Shown here: in pieces, positions 1 to 11,314 of the stretch | How the letters are laid out: each line of letters starts with the position of its first letter | How positions within the stretch are numbered: position 1 is the stretch's first letter | Source of the DNA: Paraphysomonas bandaiensis | Taxonomy: Eukaryota; Protista; Chrysophyceae | Direction: 5' to 3' | Length of the DNA: 64,000 nt | Assembly (NCBI GenBank): GCA_965644295.1 | Contig: CBFFRP010000410.1 | Span: forward strand, 288,307-352,306 | Translations under genes and position numbers: made by a program | Notes under the pieces: generated by a model | The model's database searches: none | The model's input: only the letters and a program-made list of their open reading frames with translations | Told to the model about the DNA's origin: nothing

Positions 1-1276
1 CACCTTGGCGCAACTAGGCGCAACCTTGGAAATATCCTCAGCTAACCTCGTCGCTATACCATCACATAGTGAACCACCACCAACAAGAATAATATTATTC
101 AATAGCTCTCTGCGAATATCTACATCACAGTTAGCAACTGCAGTAAACACTAACTCTGGCAGGGGCGCAGCGGCCATAGATATATCACGATTGTAAATGC
201 TAATCCTTTGCTGAAATTTTTCAAATGTGTGCTCATATGTACTTGAAAAGTAATCACGCTCTACACACTTGCATATTTCCTCCGACGGATATATCAACGT
301 GCCATCAGGTAGTTCATAGGGTGGGATATCTGCTACATCACTACTCGACCCAGAAGATTTATCAGAAGAAATAAAAGACATCCAATGCTTCAAGTCTCGA
401 ATTGTGTCTGATGTGTGCATTTGAAGGAACGAATTACTTACGCATGACAGCGTCTGCTTCCCAAAAACAGATGGTGGTTGAAAACTAGACAACTGTATTT
501 TCTTGTGACCTTTGAGAACCTTATCTTTCACCAGGTCGTCGAAATAGTTTCCCCCTTGATTCGAACAAACCATAGAGCGAGTGAGGGCAAATCCGTCCAC
601 AACAGGTACAACACGAAGGTGACTTGCACCAATATCTACAATTAGACTTGTCTGGCGTGCAAAACAAAATGAACTCAATGCAGCATTGTGGCAAAAATAC
701 GCTGCAGGGAGCTGCATACTCTCGAATAATATTTCAAGCATCTGTAGTAGAAGTAAGTTATCTGAAAAAATTAGAAAGAAAGAAAAAACCTTTTCTTTTC
801 GTTCATTTGTTGAGAAGTAGTTTTCAGCGAGTAGAAGTGGATACTTAACATCGGAGTTCCCTCGATTAGTTTCACGAATGCCGTGTTTTAATATACTTTC
901 AGTTGCACACCAATCAATGCCTTCAATAGGGATTAGAGTAAGATTATAAATGCAGTGTGACATACTCTCAGGAGTAACAGCTTTCTTAATTTCCATTCCC
1001 TCTCTACACACTCTCAGAGCAGAGTCTCCAATATAAAAATCATTAGGGCTGGTTTCCTTGTAACCGACATCCTGTATGGACACCTTAACAATACTGTTAA
1101 TATATAGAAAGGTGTGTACCGTTCTCATAACGAGGGAAGGTGTATCGTATCCTGCAGAGCCAAACCTACAGAGACTATTCCCCATATCAACAACATTAGC
1201 GCCGACTTCATCTGAATTAAAACAAAATCAGACAATCAGATAATAATAATAATCTTATCGTACCACCACAAAGCAT
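1..1276 (-). CDS. ARP4: Actin-related protein 4 (ACTL6/Arp4); multi-exon, 3' end outside window
   Basis: Manual splicing from ATG 1276 gives MLCGG/DEVGANVVDMGNSLCRFGSAGYDTP, the typical Arp4 N-terminus. Later exons give VVPVVDGF, YELPDGT and IILVGGGS actin-fold motifs. Confidence 0.8.
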
Positions 1277-1856
1277 GATGACGTCAGAGTGAGGTGTGTA
1301 GAGTCTATCTGGTTGGTAATAAGCAGCACAGTCGACTTTAATGAGTGATAATGCTGAATATACATACATGTACGCTCGTTCAGATGCCACTGTATTCCTG
1401 CTGTATTCAGAGGGGTATACTATTCACCAATCAATTGTACGGAATACACACAGTATACCGTACATATACAGCAGAATACACAACATTTTTGAACTCAAAA
1501 ATCACCATGAAAATTCAGGATTTTCAGCTGACCTAAAAAACTCCGACAAAAAAATAACCGCTTAACCGCCCCCTACAAATACACACACCTCCAACACCTC
1601 GCTCGTACTTATGTATGTATACTGCAGGGCAGTGTAGGTGCAGCAGGCAGCAGTGTGATATAACGCATACGTTAAGAGTGAGGTGAGTGCAGTGCAGTGG
1701 ATCATCTGAGCACATCTGATCTACAGTAAGCTGTACATATTAAACTATCAGGACGCATTAGACTCCTTTAATGGGGTTTAATAGTATCACTCTATACATC
1801 AGTCACAGCACTGATATGACTGTCGTGATATCTGACTACTAAACAGAGTCGTTCGT

Positions 1857-3764
1857 ATGGACTTAGAGACTGCAGAGATCTCATCTAGAGTATATAATAC
1901 TCGACCCAGTAAACAGCTCAGCTATGCTCCTGTCAGGGGCAAGAGGACAGACGCTGGAGACAGCGATGAAGACAAACCCACAGCGAATGAAGCGGTTTCT
2001 GATAACGACATAGCGGCTGATTCTGGAAGTAAGCATTATGTATCTGAGCCGTCCACAGAAGAAGTAAATAACGTGCGGTCAGAGGCACAGTCGAACTCTG
2101 GAGGAGCTAATTGTCCACCAAATGCTCTCGCTATTAAATTAATAACTAAACTAAACCAAAAGTTGTCTGGTCGGATTGAACGGATCGAACAGGCGAAGTA
2201 TATATCCCAAGCTCTACTAAAGTTACGCAAACTTTATTTGATCGATAACAGCATTTTTATGGTTATTATGAAAGAAGATCTTACAGGAAGGCTTCTCGCA
2301 AACACGGAGTACATCTGTCGCTATGAATTTTTAACGGAAGAATGTTTCAATTTTATTGTACCAATATCAAGGTGCCCTGAAATTCGTTTTACAGCTATGG
2401 ATGATTTCTTGAACAACCAATGTCTGGTGTTTTGCTTGACGTCAATTCGTTATTTCAAGCACAATGCGAGTATTAGGACTCAATCGCTTGAATTGATTTC
2501 TAGAATAGTTGACTTTATTGATGGTGCTGTGGCATGTGACGACACTACCCAAAAAGCTGTGGAACGCGCAAGAAGAGTTGACGACACAGCCTTCATTGTT
2601 CACCAATTTTTGCTTCATGGTGCAGCATCATCTCTTCCAAACGTATTGTCTACTTTCCTTGAAGCATCATCGGACATTGGTGTTTCACGTGTTCTGAAAT
2701 GTAGGTGCATTTAAGTTCTATATTACTTGAGTAATGTGTGCCTCTCAGGTATTAAATTTTTGCTTGCTGAAACAACGAATGAAGTTGCCACGACCATTGC
2801 AATGAATAGCAGATGGTCTGCACTAAGAGATTGTTTAACAGTTCTAAAGCGGAGGATGCCTGAATCACAACTTGGGGCTGCTGTTGTCATCACGGGGTAA
2901 ATCACCATATAATCGTATGATATGATCCTAACGTTAATATATTGGTGTAGGCTTACTGCTAGTAGCGTAATGGTTGCTGAAAAGCTCATTGAACTCCGCG
3001 GATGGGACATACTGAGTTCGTTTTTGACTACTCCTGATTTCGACACTACAGGTAGATTTGTAGCCATTATTTCACTGTAGTGTGACCTTTCTGCAGCTAT
3101 ACCAGCTTCATGGCTGCAGAAATCGATGAGCATTATGAAAACAATGCAGATGAGGAATACTGGGTCCGCGCATATTGATATTCCTCCCTCTCTAGAGGCC
3201 TACATAGCTAACCCACTGCAAAGTGATAATCTTCAATCCCTTGATCAGTTGCAATCAGGAATGAGTGATAGAGACTTAGCTACAGACTCAGGTCCTCTTG
3301 GTGGCGGTTTATCTGCCAATCATGCACGACAGATTACCTCACCAAAGTTATCTACAATGCCTAATAGCTATTGGTATAATGCTGATAACAGAAAACCGAA
3401 CAGTGGATCCCACCAGTCTACCCTCAAAGAACGGTTACAGAACAGTCCTTTTGGGGACGGAAAAAAAATCCTTGAAATGCAAGAACGTCGTGCAAAAAAT
3501 GCACGGCGGTACCAACAAAAGCTGTCTGCTAGTTCGACATCGAAACCAAAACGCCGGGGCGATGACATGAGTAGCGCGGTGAAATCGAAAGAAGTACAGG
3601 ATGTCTCCAGTGTGTATACAAAGCAGGCTGCCATAGCTGAAAGGCTTTTTGGACACACTCCGGGTAATCCAGATGATGGAATGGGCAAATCAGCAATAGA
3701 TTCGTTGTCTCATGACGAAAAATTGGAAGTGATGATTATGCAAGTACGGGAAGCTCTCAATTAA
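1857..3764 (+). CDS. Hypothetical multi-exon protein (helical/ARM-like middle, low-complexity ends)
   Basis: 285 aa and 212 aa ORFs on the same strand linked by short GT-AG introns; divergent from ARP4; no recognised family; 3' end uncertain. Confidence 0.55.
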
Positions 3765-4020
3765 CCATGCTTAGTTATATTTGTATCATTACTTTGCTGG
3801 TTCTATGTGATATGCGCTATCTTTGCGTAAAATGACAACGCAGATGGTTACGGTTAACTTGCAGATAGTGATTGTACAGTGATAATGTGTACCTCATATA
3901 CATACGAGTATGCAACATTAATAAACAGAAATAATACAGATTAGTTCATACCGGATTGTCCACCACATAATGAGGAGTTACTATCTAAACAGACTATATA
4001 TCATATATATAATATACCGA

Positions 4021-5349
4021 AGTGAATGTCCTATTATTAGTTATTAGCAATAGTCGTTTAGGATCCAGAACTAATTTAGCATTGTAATTTAACTGTGAGT
4101 AGTGCTTAACTCTGATATCCTATTATTTAATGCTACGAAAGCTGCTTGTGCGTCACCGCAAGCACCAAGGTGCAATCACTTTCGCTCTCCTATCACTCAA
4201 AGCAAACGCAAAGAGCAAGCAGAATGTTGACACCTGTTATCTGCTGACTTCAGGATTTTTGAGTCCTTAGGGTGAACATCCAAGATGCTTGACACTAGCA
4301 GTTTGAGGACTTTGCCTTCAGGGCCTCACTTGTGTATACACCATCACCAAATTTATGCACAATCACCGGTTATTAGACGAGTTTGTATTGCATAATGTAT
4401 TAGTCCTATGGAGGCGTGTGCAAGTCTTTTATGAGCTAAGACTGCAGGTGGTTCAGAGGCAGTTAAGGCGAGGTGGAATTCGTCAATGGGAGCATCAAAT
4501 TTCATATAGACCTCCAACATGCTGGCCTTTCGATAGCAGTATACCATCTTTGATTATCTCCAAGGACTGATTTCTGAATATAATTTCATATCCGAGGTCG
4601 TCTAATTGACTGATGGAAACAAGAGTCCTAGAAGCTTGGTCCACATATTTGCGTTTTTATGATTATACCAAGTCTTCCATGACCTAAGGATATCATTGTT
4701 AACCCTGATTTGGCTGTTTGAATTTCGGTGGGACATTCAACTTATTTATTAAGATATCTGGCTTCACGTGTGGTGGATACTGTGCGCCTAGAGCAGAGAT
4801 CCCATTCCCGCTTCTTGTTCAGAAACAAATTGTGATTCATCGCTTATTATCAGGTAAACAACCCCTCCATATAATCTCTTCCTTTCTGTTGTACTGACCA
4901 AGGACCACTGTCTTAATAGTCTGCTAATTGGTCGGAGTCGTTGTGGTAATTTTCGGTGCTCTGATGAGTCTGAAATTTAACTTTCTTGAATTTCCCACTG
5001 GTAGCTTTATTTCCAGATAAATTCTACATTTGTTGAATCTTTTCCCAGGAGCGCTTGCAAAATCTAGATATGTCCCTTTCCATTGCATCTGAAGCAAGTA
5101 TTGAACATCTCCGTTTTTGTTGCTCTTTTCGTTGTAGTTGGGTTTTTGTTGCTCAGACCTAATATTACCGCACAAGCGATCAAGACCTCATCTCACGAAT
5201 TCGACAAGACATCGTATCGGATGAAAATATGACCAGCTTCCCTTGAGGTGGGTCCATTTTTCCGGATGTCTGTTTATTCGTCAGGACCCAAAGACGTCTA
5301 CAAGTGACGCTTATTAGTGTTAGTGCCAGTGTCGTCCCTTGTACCACAT
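4021..5349 (-). mobile_element. Deleted Ty1/Copia LTR retrotransposon relic with partial LTRs
   Basis: Minus strand, across frameshifts: gag knuckle CFRCNGKGHIxRFC (~5050-5100), Copia-type LVSISQLDDLGYEIIF (~4580-4630) and GAG-pre-integrase HKRLAH (~4420). Flanks 4021-4280 and 5240-5349 match the two halves of the repeat at 47470-47891. Confidence 0.7.
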
Positions 5350-6566
5350 AAGAGTTCGGCTATGAGTGAGCAGTGAGCAGAATGTTGTCTGCTGCCTATT
5401 TCCCGGAGAAATATCTCCGGTACTTATCCCCCAGAACACTATGAAATGGTGCGAGTCTGACTTTTTTTAAGGTATTATATGTTTGTTTCTGTGGATGTTT
5501 GAATGTTCCTAAATATTGATGACATTTATCTAACCTTGGTTAGGAAACAATATATTTCCACAGTAGACTGTATATATATTGCACAGAATTATACAGTAGT
5601 ATGATTAGATATAATCCTAATAATGGTTCAGTCCAGTTGTCAACAACACAGCTACATATATATTCTATGATAATCTTCAAGTTGTGAAGTATTAGAATTT
5701 TACCAGATTTCCAATAAAGTATTGAAATGTTCATAGCATGTACCACATGTAGAATACGATACAGCAATATATGTCGAGATATATCTACCACATACAACAC
5801 AATGTTCCCTACTTTTTCCGTACATATTTGTTGATAAAAATGAAAAAATATCATAGTTTGTAAGTTTTAGTTAGAACTAGACTTACTACACTGAAGTTAT
5901 CCATATTCTAATATACCTGAAACTGGACAATCACTTTCCAAAAAAGACTATAATGCTGTTGCGAAAGCCAAAGCGGATTGGAGAACACACTCACTCGATC
6001 TAAGAAGGCGCAGTTCAAACGTTTTATTTGGACAGGAATGATGAAGAAGAAAAAGAAAATGATGGTGTCGACTCACTGATGTGAGGACACGAAGCGCACC
6101 AAGAACAATAGCAACTACGCACGGCCTAACCAACTTGGTACCGCTGCTTGAAGCATATTTGCTGTAAAAAGGCTTTCTAGTATAGCAAATATCAACATGA
6201 GTGATCTGCACACTGCACATATCCATCATGGATCAATGGCACCTCATCGATTGGAGGCCATAATGTTCTAAGTTACGCTCTGTGGAATGCAAGTACAGTT
6301 AAAGGTGCTATTCGTGCTTGTAATGAATAACTAATTTAATTAGACTATAATTGGCACCTTCGTTAGTGTACACGACTAACTCAAATCCATAGCTCGTATA
6401 TCATATCGTACTCAACACATTATCATTAATTATTACCATATTCTCGATGGATATTACATTCAACACTCACTTCGTCTGGTTTAAACAATCTACTCATGTG
6501 CACAAATATCTTCTCATATCCATTAATCTGAAATTATTTATCGCAATCCACTACTTGAAGCGACAT

Positions 6567-9410
6567 TTACGAATCTTGACGATATCCTTGCCAATCATGA
6601 GGAGCGGTTCCACCATGTTCATCAATCACCTTAATTAAAAATTTTGATGGACCATCTTGAGCATTTGAGCTTCTCATTGTTTCATGAAAAATATCCCGAG
6701 CCTTCTGCCAGTCCCCTTTGATATAAGCAGCCATACCTTCCTTCCACAAAGACCTAAATGCATCATTCACTAGGTGCCGCAACTTCATCAGATCTGCATC
6801 AGTCTCCCATACACTCTCTTTGTATGGTGGTATGACAACATTCGGTTTCTTGTCTTGCTCGCTCTCTTTTTCAGTCGCTTCAGCTTTTTCTTGGGCTTCT
6901 ATATCTCGAGTACTTTTCCTTTTCTTAAGTTTTGGCCTGCCTTTGATATCTGAAGAGCTGGTCTGAGATGGAAGTCCTCCCACCAATGCAGGGGAAACAG
7001 TCAGTGATCCAGAAATAGCAACAGATTTTCTGCGAGCATCATGTAGAACCCTATTAGATGGACCCTCTTTAAGCTTTTGGTCTTCTGCAAACTCGTAATT
7101 TAAATCCGCATCGTAGGTAAATAGTCCAAACGGTTCTTCTGCGTCGTTGCGTTTAATACGGTCAACTTGACGGCAAAATTTATTAGCATGAGGTGACAGG
7201 AGTCGAAAGAATGCCTCAGACATCAACAGGGGAACACCATACGCTTTCGTCGATGACTCCAAGTATTCAGACATATTAACATGAGGAGACAAGTACGATG
7301 CATCAATCTTCATATTGCTACCAATGGCCCCCTCAATAGCCCAACCAACGTGTAGTCCACTTCCAATTCTAACTTTATAACCTGGGAAGCGCTTATATAA
7401 CCTATTCGTGGCTGCAATTGAGAAGTTACATACAAAGTCTTGGTATCGACATAGCTCAATTAGAGCCTTGCAGAAGGCTAACAAAGCTTGGTCAGCTAGA
7501 AACGACACTTCTGATGGGCTGAATGACTCGTCAATTTTCCAGGTTAACAGAAAAGCGTCACCAATATTTTTATTCGCCGAGCCAGAGCACTGGACAACAA
7601 TACCATGTAATATATGTGCGATTCTGTTAACGAAAAGCATTACTTCTTCTTGAAGACACTCAGTTGTATCAGTGAAGTTTCTGACATCACAAAATCCAAA
7701 TATAGAATGTATCAAATTTCCCGACCCCATCAGATTTAACTTGTGATCTTCTGATTCCCCGAGATTTTTGGCAATGACACTCGCACCTGCTTCTCCAAAA
7801 CCTACCCGCATTAGACCACCAATCTTAGTAATGGTTTGTAAGAGGAGAGTTGTCTCCATTCCTTCTAAAAATCCGTCATCCTCACCCAGCATTTTATACT
7901 CTACACCCAAAGGATTCTTTGATATTTGTTGTACGAGAGACACCATCTTCTCAATAGGAATAATAACCAGTCGATTGACGTCGCTAGAAAAGAAGTATGT
8001 ACCAACCTACAAGCACATTAAACAACTACGACTATGATTAAAGAATACGTACCACTAATAGAAACAGAATGAATATTGTCATGTAAATACCAAATTCTGC
8101 TGTGGACCTCGATGTATCCTGTTTATCAAATACACCAACAGTTTTCACTTTCATTACATCCCCAGAAGGAGTAACAGCTTTTCCAGTGAACTCATATTCA
8201 ACGAGCTCAGAGGACCTTAACGAATCAAGTCTCCCTTTCCTATGAATATACACATCGTCGTTGATAGAAAGCTTCACTACGTCGAGGTTCCTTTCCAAAT
8301 TCGATATAGCAATTAAGAGTCCATCCTGTACAGAAGTTACGGATATCGGGACAAAAAATTCCACCAACATTATATTCTCCAGGGCTGGATGTATTTTCTT
8401 TTGCCATGCGCTGAACCATTTGAGTTCCAAAACTTGGTGCAAAGTCAGAAGTTGAGTATGACATCAGGGGAATAGCGATCAACATAACCAGCACTAGTAC
8501 GATGACACTACAATAAACGAGTGATTCATAAGTTCCAAACCTCATGTACTCTACCGTCTTGTCGTCAAATCCGACATCGCAGCACCCACATGACTCTCTG
8601 CTGCTAGATTGGAGAGGTCGACTTCAGTACTTTCTTCTCTCTTTTCAATTTTAGTTTCTCGTCTCGATTGAGCAACAACACCACTTTCAAAAGATGTCGA
8701 GTGCATCAGGGCACTTTCGTCATTCTTCGCTTGCGTCTTAAAATACTTGTATAGTTTCACCATTCGAACAAGTCTCACAATTCGACCAGCGCGGGCACCT
8801 GCTCTAGATGCTCGGCCAGCTCTGGCGGACTTTAAGCTCGATTGATCATCAGTTTCCACAGCATCACCAATTATCCAATGAATCTAGGACAGAAAATAAC
8901 GAATTTACGTGATAACATTGCAAAATATACCTCAAAAATTAATGATGCAGTGGCAATGCAGTCTAACCAGAAGTAAAAGCTTCCGATATTGCACAGTCTA
9001 TAAACGGCATCCATGAAACTTTCGTGTGGTTCTGGTGTAAGTTTCGGCAAATTTAAATATCCATCTTTGTAATAACTGGCGGCTATAATCTCAATAAGAA
9101 ATAAGAAAAATGCACAAGAAATGACTCCTTCAAATCCATCGTCTGCTTCCACATCTGTTGCAGCAAGTCTGATGTCGTCACTGAATAGTGCCCATATAGT
9201 GAATAGCGACATCACAATCGTAACCGGCAAACTCTCAGCAACCATCTCAACAATCTCACGCAGATGCATTTGATGATATGCATCACTCTCACTTGCACTT
9301 AACTGCTTCTGTGTTTGTTGTTGTTGAGTTGGATTAGCTTCAGATATTCTCGGGCTCTCATCCTCATTCTTATGTTTAGGTGGGGTGACCTCAATTCCTT
9401 CTTTGTCCAT
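6567..9410 (-). CDS. Ion-channel/voltage-sensor-like domain fused to class III adenylyl cyclase, with C-terminal TPR-like helix pair
   Basis: TM exons include an Arg-periodic S4-like segment RAGRASRAGARAGRIVRLVRMVK. Cyclase motifs FCDVRNFT, KNIGDAFL and GLHVGWAIEGAIGS..KIDASYLSPHVN. Three short introns. Confidence 0.85.
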
Positions 9411-9480
9411 TAATACTATGATTCGCTCTTATATCAATACATGGATATGACCCTTCACTTATGCAAAGCTGTATCAATGT

Positions 9481-9590
9481 GTATGTATGTGTGAGTGTCT
9501 GTTAGTCTGTGAGTGTGTTAAGTGATCAGATTGATCTGCCTATACATACATATACATACATATACATACATACACATACATACACACATA
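9481..9590. repeat. (TG)/(CATA)/(CA)-rich microsatellite in a divergent promoter region
   Basis: gtatgtatgtgtgagtgt... and tatacatacatatacatacatatacatacatacacatacatacacac read directly. Confidence 0.8.
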
Positions 9591-9794
9591 GGCATGTCTG
9601 TGTAACGCTTCAAATATGCTCGCCAATTCTCACTGTGTGCGCTGCATACTCCCGATATTCATATGAAATTGTTATTTTTCATCATATAAATACAGGAATT
9701 TTATATAAATCACGTATTTTTATAAGTACAGTGCTGAGATAAAAGCAATTAGTGGTACTTCTTTGGCCATGCTGGCCTTCATGTTCTGTACCAC

Positions 9795-9944
9795 TATGGC
9801 AGTACAAGTATGACAGTACAAGTATGACAGTACAAGTACTTTATGACAGGACAAGTATGGCAGTACAAGTATGACAGTACAAGTATGACAGTACAAGTAT
9901 GGCAGTACAAGTACTGCTGTATGACAGTACAGGTATGACAGTAC
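9795..9944. repeat. 14-bp minisatellite TATGRCAGTACAAG, about 10 units
   Basis: Tandem tatggcagtacaag/tatgacagtacaag units with a few interruptions. Confidence 0.9.
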
Positions 9945-10074
9945 GAGGAGAGGTGGAATGAATATGAGTGAGTGTGGTTTATGGCCCATTGGCATGCAGC
10001 TGTACACCTCACCTCACCTCACACGCTTCTAGTTGTCACTCCATCTGTGTTTACATTACAATCAGAAAAGAAAA

Positions 10075-10621
10075 ATGAAATGCATCAGTTCATTAGCCAG
10101 GAGATGCATTCCTCGCCGATATAACCATCTGTCTGTAGGTGGGTCCTATGCGTATGTCTTGTATGTTTAGTCTTAAAGTGCTTTCAGGATCAGTTCGAAA
10201 CATCAATCTCACATTTGTTGAGGGTGGCAGTGGAGACAAGATCCATGTTGAGGCGACGCCTGGACAGACAGTTCTAGATGTTGCTGTTGCACACGACATT
10301 GACATTGAAGGTGTGCGATGCGATGTGTGTTATGACTGTGTTGAATATGTCCACAGGTGCATGCGGGGGTGAGATGGCATGTTCTACCTGCCATGTGATA
10401 TTACAGAAAGAATACTACGACAAACTTCCAGAGAAGTGCCTGGAGGAGGAAGACATGCTGGATCTAGCCTGGGGTGTCACAGATACGTATGTTTACTAGC
10501 ATGTTTAAGATTCGGAATTAACGAAGTGTGCAGGTCAAGACTTGGTTGCCAAATAAAATTGACTGAAGAATTTGAAGGTGCAGAGTTTACTATTCCGGCA
10601 GAAACTAATAGTATGCTGTAA
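10075..10621 (+). CDS. Mitochondrial adrenodoxin-type [2Fe-2S] ferredoxin
   Basis: Arg-rich presequence [15 protein letters not shown]; [22 protein letters not shown] and SRLGCQ motifs; 3 short introns. Confidence 0.9.
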
Positions 10622-11012
10622 ATCGCTATTGAGCATCAATTTAATAGCCATAGTTAATGTTTCTCTACATATGTAGCACCACGCCGACCCTTGCGCTCAC
10701 TATAAGAATGATATAATCCTTGTATTGAATATTGTAGAAGCTATATTTTGTCGGACGGTCTTGGTGTTGGAAGCAGTTGTTGTTGCAGATGTTATCATAT
10801 TCATATACATACGCACCAACGAAATCTAAAATTAAAAACTTTTTCGATTCAATTGTAGTTGTAGTTAATGGTTAACCCTATAGATAATGCCCCTACCATC
10901 CAAACTTCATTTAGTCATTTATTTTCTAAAACCTGCTGTGTGGCATATATGTGTTTCGTGGAATAATAATTGTAAAAGAAGCGAGGTTATGAAGACTGCT
11001 CCTCAGGTAGCT

Positions 11013-11180
11013 AATGGGTCCATTAACCATTAAATCGAATCCCTAAAATCTAAACTATATTAAAATATTTTAAAAGTAATATAATTCATTTGTATATAAC
11101 ATTTTAATATATTATTTGATATATATCTTTTATATATTATATAAAAGGGTTGAGGGCTTATAGTTACATAGTTACTCTTA
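11013..11180 (+). mobile_element. Short relic of a PLV-like terminus
   Basis: AATGGGTCC(ATTAACC)ATTAAATCGAATCCCTAAAATCTA matches 51544-51576 and is followed by a very AT-rich tract. Confidence 0.6.
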
Positions 11181-11314
11181 AGTTTTCAGGAGCAAAAGCC
11201 TCGATTTTTCATCCACTGATGCAGACTATATATTATTACTCAGTATATATTGTTCTTCAGTATCGAATCGCTAGCAATGATCTATGAGACCAGAAAGTAA
11301 TCTTAATGAACTAT

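Noticed and set aside
4100-4200. Hammerhead ribozyme (retrozyme) in the LTR-like repeat
   Set aside because: CTGATATC...CGAAA is suggestive, but the required CUGANGA core was not found on either strand of the three copies.
5470-5940. AT-rich tract with a CVVC..CGTC fragment on the minus strand, possible viral gene remnant
   Set aside because: Interrupted by stops and no diagnostic motif.
9795-9944. CRISPR-like array
   Set aside because: Units are contiguous 14-mers with no unique spacers; no cas genes; eukaryotic context.
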